From: an uncultured Eubacteriales bacterium
GTDB lineage: Bacteria > Bacillota > Clostridia > Christensenellales > CAG-138
Assembly: GCA_900549955.1 (NCBI GenBank)
Contig: URQH01000006.1
Location: 4,116 to 68,115, forward strand
DNA length: 64,000 nt
Reading direction: 5' to 3'
A model generated the notes under the pieces. The model was not told the origin of the DNA. It saw only the letters and a program-made list of their open reading frames with translations, and did not search any database. Positions 58,022 through 64,000 of this stretch are shown piece after piece (within the stretch, counting starts at the first letter, position 1; every line of letters starts with the position of its first letter). The position numbers and the translations under genes were made by a program.

Positions 58022-58546
58022 ATGCAATTCCATGGCGTCTTCAAAATCGGCCGTAAAGAGAACATCCGCTACAATCTGTTCGTCTCCCAGACCCGGTTGA
58101 TCGTCATGACGGTCGTCGTGTTCGTGCTCATCGCCGTCATGCTCGGCGTGACCGACTTTGTCCGCACCCGGTCCCTCGGCGATACGCTGCTCTTTGCCCT
58201 GCCGCTCGCGCTCGGCGGCTCGGTGCTGTTCATCGTGCTCAACACAGTCATGCTCATCTTCCGCGTGAACAAGAGCTATAAGGAAAAGACGGCCTATGAA
58301 TTCACCCAGGACATTACCATCGACGAGAGCGGCGTCCACGCCGCGTCCGAGCGCGGCAGCGCCCTGCTGGAGTGGAGCAAAATTGAAAAGGTCCGTGAAG
58401 CGGGTCACGCCTTCTACCTGTTCCTGTCCAAGACACAGGCCTACGTGCTGCCCAAATACCAGCTTGCCAACCGCAGCGAAGACGCGGCGCAGATCCGCGC
58501 GCTGCTGCGGCAGCACCTCGACGCCAAGCTCCTCAAGCTCAAGTAA
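58022..58546 (+). CDS. YcxB-like membrane protein
   Basis: ORF 57788..58546. Start moved to ATG 58022 (MQFHGVFKIGRKENIRYNLF). Two TM helices followed by a small soluble domain ending ...AFYLFLSKTQAYVLPK, the pattern of YcxB-family proteins. Confidence 0.6.
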   Translation: MQFHGVFKIGRKENIRYNLFVSQTRLIVMTVVVFVLIAVMLGVTDFVRTRSLGDTLLFALPLALGGSVLFIVLNTVMLIFRVNKSYKEKTAYEFTQDITIDESGVHAASERGSALLEWSKIEKVREAGHAFYLFLSKTQAYVLPKYQLANRSEDAAQIRALLRQHLDAKLLKLK

Positions 58547-58582
58547 CGGCGGAAACCCGGACGGAGATGGGAGATTGACGAT

Positions 58583-58705
58583 ATGGGAAGTCTCGGCGCG
58601 CCAAAGCTCGTTGCATTGCTCGGCCAGCTCCTGACGGTCGTGCAGTTTGCCTTTTACATCCTCGGCATCGTGTGTTTCATCAAGTACCTGCGGACCAGGC
58701 GATGA
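58583..58705 (+). CDS. Possible 40-aa hydrophobic small protein (not in the ORF track)
   Basis: ATG 58583 preceded by GGGAGA. Encodes MGSLGAPKLVALLGQLLTVVQFAFYILGIVCFIKYLRTRR (one TM helix, basic C-terminus). A terminator hairpin follows 25 nt downstream. No homology evidence is available to me. Confidence 0.3.
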   Translation: MGSLGAPKLVALLGQLLTVVQFAFYILGIVCFIKYLRTRR

Positions 58706-58729
58706 CCGCGCCGGGTTCCATAAACCAAT

Positions 58730-58765
58730 AAACAGCGGGACCGTCCTTCCGGATGGTCCCGCTGT
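58730..58765. terminator. Bidirectional terminator hairpin between convergent genes
   Basis: AACAGCGGGACC-gtccttccggat-GGTCCCGCTGTT, a perfect 12-bp stem. On the minus strand it is followed by TTATTGGTTT. Confidence 0.55.
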
Positions 58766-58780
58766 TTCACCGTTTACAAG

Positions 58781-59926
58781 TCACTGCTGCCCGCCGCCAA
58801 ACAGGCGCACAAAGAAATCGCCAATGGCCGCAAAGAAGTTTTTCACGCTCTCATACACGCGCGAGATGGTCTCCGACACGGTGTTGACCGACTGCGCCGT
58901 CTTGGCCAGCCCGGTCAGCCGCTGCTGCAGCTGGTCGGTATCGAGCCCTTCCAGCTTGCGCGTGAGCGTCAGCAGCTGCTCCACCTGCGTATCCGTCACG
59001 GTGACGTTGTACGCGGCGGCAATGCTGCGGATCTCGTCGCGCACCTCGGCGTCGCTCATCTGCTGCGTCTGGTCGAGGATGTTCTTGAGCTGGGCGACGA
59101 TCTCCGTCGCCTCTGCGCTGCCCACATACTCGGCCAGCTCGCCCGTGACGACCAGTTCCTCCGCGCCGACGAGCTTGGCCAGGTCGTTCAGCGCCACGCC
59201 CGTGAGCGACTCATACGCCTTGTACGCGCCGGTCAGCGCGCCGGTGCCGGACACCGGGAACGGCGCCGACACGACCACCCGCGCGTCCGTGATGCCCGCG
59301 GTCGTGAGCGCATTTTTATACATCTGCTCGGTGCAGTAGTTGATGTTGTAAATCTGGATATCCAGCCCCGCGCCGGGCTCGAGCAGCGTGATGTAGATGC
59401 ACGAGAGCGCCACGCTGCCGATCTTACGATCCGGCACCAGCCCCTCCAGATACTCGCGCTCCTCCTGGTTCGTGACCTTCAGCTCCTGCACGCTGCCGGG
59501 CTCGATGCCAAAGTCACGGTAGACCGCCTCGCGCTGCGCCTCGGTGAGGTCCGCGCCCATCGTCACGCACTGCTGGCCGATCTGGATCGGGGTCGCAGTG
59601 GGCGTCGCGGTGGCAACCGGCTCCGGCGTCGTACTGGGCTCCGGCGTCGCGCTGGGCTCCGGCGTGGCGCTTTGCTCCGGCGTCGCGCTTTGCTCCGGCG
59701 TCGCGCTTTGCTCCGGCGTCGCGGAAGTCTGCGGCGCCTGCGTGGGGGTCGTTCCCTCCGGGGTGCCAGCGCCGTCCACCGTTCCGGACTGCTCCGTCCC
59801 TTCCGTCGTCGTGTCCCCTTCCGTCAGGACGGCTGGTTCCGCCCCGGCCTCCTCCGCAAGCGCGGCGGCGGGCACCGTCGCAAGTAACAGGATGGCCAGC
59901 AAAGCCGCTCCAATCCTTCTGTTCAT
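58781..59926 (-). CDS. Secreted DUF1002-like protein with a P/T/E/A-rich repeat linker
   Basis: ORF 58781..60175. Start moved to ATG 59926 (MNRRIGAALLAILLLATVPAAALA signal peptide) after AAGGAGGGAG. The core ...YITLLEPGAGLDIQIYNINYCTEQMYKNALTTAGI... matches my memory of DUF1002. Confidence 0.7.
   Translation of the reverse strand: MNRRIGAALLAILLLATVPAAALAEEAGAEPAVLTEGDTTTEGTEQSGTVDGAGTPEGTTPTQAPQTSATPEQSATPEQSATPEQSATPEPSATPEPSTTPEPVATATPTATPIQIGQQCVTMGADLTEAQREAVYRDFGIEPGSVQELKVTNQEEREYLEGLVPDRKIGSVALSCIYITLLEPGAGLDIQIYNINYCTEQMYKNALTTAGITDARVVVSAPFPVSGTGALTGAYKAYESLTGVALNDLAKLVGAEELVVTGELAEYVGSAEATEIVAQLKNILDQTQQMSDAEVRDEIRSIAAAYNVTVTDTQVEQLLTLTRKLEGLDTDQLQQRLTGLAKTAQSVNTVSETISRVYESVKNFFAAIGDFFVRLFGGGQQ
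59619..59726. repeat. 18-bp tandem repeat, 6 copies, in-frame within the DUF1002-like gene
   Basis: Plus-strand units (g/t)GCTCCGGCGTCGCGCT(g/t), starting at 59619 with an 18-nt period. Encodes (SATPEQ/SATPEP)n on the minus strand. Confidence 0.85.
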
Positions 59927-60346
59927 TTCAGAACTCCCTCCTTTATCGTTCGCCCGGCCGCCGTCAAACGCACCGGGACTGCCGGGCGCGCAAGGCGTGC
60001 CGACTGCACACGGGCGCAACCACACCGATCGGCATGCGCGCCCACAAAGGCGCATCGCGCCCTTGCATGGTGGGTAGTATAGCACACTTCTGTGAAAAGA
60101 TTGTGCGGTTTCCTGTAAACTTTGTGTGACGACGGGCGCAACCGCGTCGATTTTTATCGTGTTTTTGATCTGCACCGGCCTGTTTTCAGCCGGTAAGCAC
60201 CGGGTTGATGTCCCGTATTTTTCAATCCCGCCGGGTGTTTTTCATCACAGGCGACAGGCAAATGCAAAATTTTCGTAAAAGGGCTTGCGCTTTAGTATGA
60301 TAAAGTGGTAAGATAGCAGCAATGTAATACGAAGGAGTGTTCAGTT

Positions 60347-61258
60347 ATGAAATTGACAAAAGCCCTGTTTGCTCTGTTGACCGCCAGCCTGTTGCTGTGC
60401 ACCGCGCTGCTCGGCTGCACCACGCAGCCAGCCGCAGACCCCGCGACCGATCCCACCGAGGCCCCGGCAGCCGATCCCACCGAGGCCCCCGCGGCAGAGC
60501 CCACCGAAGTGCCCGCCACGGATACCGAGGCCGACCCGGACAGCGACCTGGCCTACATTCTGGACAAGGGGACGCTCGTGATCGGCATCACGGAATATGC
60601 GCCGATGAACTACTACGACGAGAGCGGCAAGCTGATCGGCTTTGACACCGAGTTTGCCGAGGCGCTGTGCGCCGAGCTGGGCGTGACGCCGGAGTTCATC
60701 GTCATCGACTGGGACACTAAGGAGCTCGAGCTCAAGAGCAAAAAGATCGACTGCATCTGGAACGGCCTGACCATCAAGGAAGACCGCCGGGAGAACATGG
60801 ACTTCTCCACCGCGTACCTGAAGAATGAGCAGGTCGTCGTCATCCGCGCGGAGGACGCGGCGCTGTACACCGACCTGGCGTCGTTCGACGGCGTATCGGT
60901 CGTTGCGGAGGCCGGCAGCGCGGGTGAAGACACCGTCTATACCGACATGCCGTCCGCCGTCTTTACCGGCGTTGCCGCCCAGAGCGACGCGCTGCTCGAG
61001 GTGAAGGCAGGCACCGCGGATGCCGCCGTCATCGACTACACGATGGCCACCGCCATGACCGGCGAAGGCACGGACTACAGCGAGCTGATGATCGTGGCCG
61101 GCATCGACCTGATGGATGAGGAATATGCCATCGGCTTCCGCCTTGGCAGCGACATGACCGAAAAGGCCAACGAGATCATCGCGTCGTTCCTCGACGACGG
61201 CACGCTCGCCGCGCTGGCGGAGAAATACGAGCTGTCCGACCTGCTCATCACCGACTGA
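60347..61258 (+). CDS. Amino acid ABC transporter substrate-binding lipoprotein
   Basis: 303 aa. Lipobox LLGC, then a repeat linker, then a type-3 SBP core (GTLVIGITEYAPMNYYDESGKLIGFDTEFAEALC). Confidence 0.88.
   Translation: MKLTKALFALLTASLLLCTALLGCTTQPAADPATDPTEAPAADPTEAPAAEPTEVPATDTEADPDSDLAYILDKGTLVIGITEYAPMNYYDESGKLIGFDTEFAEALCAELGVTPEFIVIDWDTKELELKSKKIDCIWNGLTIKEDRRENMDFSTAYLKNEQVVVIRAEDAALYTDLASFDGVSVVAEAGSAGEDTVYTDMPSAVFTGVAAQSDALLEVKAGTADAAVIDYTMATAMTGEGTDYSELMIVAGIDLMDEEYAIGFRLGSDMTEKANEIIASFLDDGTLAALAEKYELSDLLITD
60449..60520. repeat. 24-bp tandem repeat, 3 copies, in the SBP linker
   Basis: GATCCCACCGAGGCCCCGGCAGCC / GATCCCACCGAGGCCCCCGCGGCA / GAGCCCACCGAAGTGCCCGCCACG, encoding DPTEAPAA x3. 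Confidence 0.8.
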
Positions 61259-61335
61259 CATCGGCAAACCAGTTCCCGGGCAGGGGGTGACGCCTCCCCT
61301 GCCCCATTCTGTCTTTACGAAAGGGACCGATCTCC

Positions 61336-61986
61336 ATGCAAACCTTTCTGACCGTCACCGGCAAGCTGCTCGAGGGCGCATCGCAGGCGGCAATCATCTT
61401 TTTTGTCACGCTTGCGGCGGCGCTGCCGCTCGGGCTGCTGATCGCGTTCTGCTCCATGAGCCGGTTCAAGCCGCTGCGCGCCATCTCCCGCACGTTCGTC
61501 TGGATCATCCGCGGCACGCCGCTCATGCTGCAGATCATCATCGTGTTCTACGGCCCCGGCCTCCTCTGGGAGGTGCAGGGACTGGATCGCATGCCCGCGG
61601 TCATCGTGGCCTTCATCATCAACTACGCGGCCTACTTTTCCGAGATCTACCGCGGCGGCATCGAGAGCATCCCCAGGGGGCAGTATGAGGCCGCGCAGGT
61701 GCTGGGGCTGACCAAGACGCAGACGTTTTTCCGCGTCATCCTGCTGCAGGTCGTCAAGCGCATCCTGCCGCCGATGAGCAACGAGATCATCACGCTCGTC
61801 AAGGATACGTCGCTCGCCCGCGTCATCGCCATCAGCGAGATCATCATGGAGGCGCAGGTGTTCATCAAGACGCAGTCGCTCCTCTGGCCGCTGTTTTACG
61901 CCGGCGTGTTCTACCTGGTGTTCTGCGGGTTGCTGACGCTGCTGTTCGGCTATCTCGAGCGCCGGCTCAGCTATTTCCGGGCGTAA
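61336..61986 (+). CDS. Amino acid ABC transporter permease (HisM/GlnP type)
   Basis: 216 aa. The EAA-like loop region ...QYEAAQVLGLTKTQTFFRVILLQ... is typical of polar amino acid permeases. Confidence 0.9.
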   Translation: MQTFLTVTGKLLEGASQAAIIFFVTLAAALPLGLLIAFCSMSRFKPLRAISRTFVWIIRGTPLMLQIIIVFYGPGLLWEVQGLDRMPAVIVAFIINYAAYFSEIYRGGIESIPRGQYEAAQVLGLTKTQTFFRVILLQVVKRILPPMSNEIITLVKDTSLARVIAISEIIMEAQVFIKTQSLLWPLFYAGVFYLVFCGLLTLLFGYLERRLSYFRA

Positions 61987-62005
61987 CGCGAAAGGACGGT
62001 TGCAC

Positions 62006-62785
<780 letters not shown>

Positions 62786-62807
62786 TCGCATTGCTCCGCT
62801 TTTCTTT

Positions 62808-62841
62808 ACGGGCGGCAGGGCCGGACGGCCCTGCCGCCCGT
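62808..62841 (+). terminator. Terminator-like hairpin after the amino acid ABC operon
   Basis: ACGGGCGGCAGGGCC-ggac-GGCCCTGCCGCCCGT, a perfect 15-bp stem with a weak U-tail (CTGTTG). A second hairpin CTGTTGC-acggccc-GCAACAG follows. Confidence 0.5.
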
Positions 62842-63034
62842 CTGTTGCACGGCCCGCAACAGACGGCCTTCGGCGCACGCCGGGCGCGGGGCGGACGTAT
62901 TCTCCCGGCGCCGTCCGCGCTTGGCGTGGACAGGCGCTGAACGCTTGGAGGCGGCGACACGCCCGCCGCGCAACCAGGCGTCCGTTCGCGCCGCGCTGCA
63001 AGGTTTCCCGTCTTTTGGAAAACGGGCGAAAAAA

Positions 63035-63100
63035 TTGTCATTGACAAGCGCACCGTTTTGTGGTTTAATTGCGCTGTTCGAGTTTAGTAACTCTAAACTC
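63035..63100 (+). promoter_or_regulatory. Promoter and two palindromes upstream of the XRE-cupin regulator
   Basis: TTGTCA-T-TGACAA palindrome (63035-63047) overlaps the -35 box TTGACA (63041-63046). After 17 nt comes TTTAAT (63064-63069). Inverted repeat GAGTTTAG-taact-CTAAACTC at 63080-63100. Confidence 0.45.
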
Positions 63101-63124
63101 AATGTTTAGGAGGGAGTGATTCCT

Positions 63125-63661
63125 TTGGAGATCGGCGAGAAGGTCAAACGGCTGCGCCTGCAACGCGGGCTGACGCAGGAAGAGCTTGCCGCCCGCACCG
63201 AGCTGAGCAAGGGATTCATCTCCCAGCTCGAGCGCGACATCACCTCCCCGTCCATCGCCACGCTGATGGACATTCTGGAGGCGCTGGGCACAGACATCGC
63301 GGCGTTTTTCAACGAGGAACAGAACGAGCGCGTGGTCTACCGCAGCGAGGACATGTTCATCAAGGAGGCGGACGACGGCAGCGCCATCTGCTGGCTCGTC
63401 ACCAACGCACAGCGCAACGCACTGGAACCGATCCTCGTGACGCTGCCCTCCGGCGCCGGCACGGAGCCGGACGACCCGCACGAGGGAGAGGAGTTCGGCT
63501 ACGTGTTGCAGGGCACGGTATGGCTGCTGCTGGGCGAACAGCGCCTGCGCGTGCGCCGGGGCGACAGCTTTTATTTCCGCCCCACCGCCCCGCACTGCCT
63601 GCGCAACGGCGGCAAGTCGGAAGCGCGCGTGCTCTGGGTCTCCACCCCGCCGTCGTTTTGA
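63125..63661 (+). CDS. XRE-family HTH plus cupin domain transcriptional regulator (PuuR-like architecture)
   Basis: ORF 63116..63661. TTG 63125 preferred because of its spacing from TAGGAGGGAG. HTH (LRLQRGLTQEELAARTELSKGFISQLERD) and C-terminal cupin (GEEFGYVLQGTVWLLLGEQ...GDSFYF). Confidence 0.8.
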   Translation: MEIGEKVKRLRLQRGLTQEELAARTELSKGFISQLERDITSPSIATLMDILEALGTDIAAFFNEEQNERVVYRSEDMFIKEADDGSAICWLVTNAQRNALEPILVTLPSGAGTEPDDPHEGEEFGYVLQGTVWLLLGEQRLRVRRGDSFYFRPTAPHCLRNGGKSEARVLWVSTPPSF

Positions 63662-63703
63662 CGGCCCGCCGGCGGACAGCATTCACATTGGGAGGGAAAC
63701 GGC

Positions 63704-64000
63704 ATGAACGACAAGCACCTGATCGAGCTGATCGACGTTTCGAAGGATTATGCGGGCGACGTGGCGCTCGAACACGTCAATCTGTACGTCAAGGACGGCG
63801 AATTTATCACGCTGCTGGGTCCCTCCGGCTGCGGCAAGACGACGATGCTGCGCCTCATCGCCGGGTTCATCATGCCCACGTCCGGCCGCATCGAGATGGA
63901 CGGCGTGGACATCGCCTCCGTCCCCCCTTACAAGCGCCGCATCAACACGGTGTTTCAAAAGTACGCGCTGTTCCCGCACCTCAACGTGTTTGACAACATC
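63704..64000 (+). CDS. potA: Spermidine/putrescine ABC transporter ATP-binding protein, 5' partial (runs off the window)
   Basis: My own translation from ATG 63704: [55 protein letters not shown]...[20 protein letters not shown]. Not in the ORF track because it has no stop within the window. Confidence 0.85.
   Translation, partial: MNDKHLIELIDVSKDYAGDVALEHVNLYVKDGEFITLLGPSGCGKTTMLRLIAGFIMPTSGRIEMDGVDIASVPPYKRRINTVFQKYALFPHLNVFDNI

Noticed and set aside
59927-60120. A GC-rich ~120-nt 5' leader of the DUF1002-like gene as a possible riboswitch
   Set aside because: I could find an extended -10 element (TGcTATACT) but no sequence core of any riboswitch class I know. There is insufficient evidence for any call.

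Overview
This is a GC-rich chromosomal segment that reads like an anaerobic Firmicutes/Clostridia genome. It shows Bacillus-type synteny (lonB-lon-engB and prmA-rsmE-mtaB-hit), [FeFe]-hydrogenases and AdhE. I can support about 50 protein genes by reading the translations. I found no rRNA, tRNA, CRISPR array, transposase, integrase or phage genes, so this is core or metabolic DNA rather than a mobile island. Many ORFs in the six-frame track, some over 900 aa, are antisense shadow ORFs typical of high-GC DNA, and I rejected them.

Housekeeping genes: glyA, pyrG, a HIT protein, mtaB, rsmE, prmA, holA, uvrB, uvrA, metF plus a split metH, engB, lon and lonB.

Accessory or metabolic modules:
- A cytoplasmic LRR protein, a DUF2201/VWA protein and a MoxR-type AAA ATPase form a three-gene cassette (98-5813).
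- A LacI-controlled amidase and NCS1 permease operon (20484-24317).
- A divergent hexuronate locus (uxaC, kdgK-like, gnd, LarA-like on one side; uxaE, uxuB, gntR on the other; 24484-34070).
- A seven-gene minus-strand operon runs adhE, APH-fold kinase, 2Fe-2S ferredoxin, hotdog protein, PAS-containing sensory-type [FeFe] hydrogenase, PP2C phosphatase, second [FeFe] hydrogenase (38374-46741).
- A lipoprotein plus a MacAB-like efflux system, an amino-acid ABC importer, and the start of a pot (polyamine) operon with an XRE-cupin regulator.

RNA and regulatory elements readable from the sequence: a tandem glycine riboswitch with terminator in front of glyA, a pyrG leader that matches the Bacillus CTP-sensitive reiterative-transcription attenuator, several near-consensus sigma-A promoters, candidate repeated operators, and rho-independent terminators.

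The most interesting candidate is the adhE-HydS-kinase/phosphatase operon, a possible self-contained H2-sensing switch of fermentative electron disposal. Next are the LRR/VWA/MoxR cassette and the LarA-like plus gnd arrangement in the hexuronate locus.
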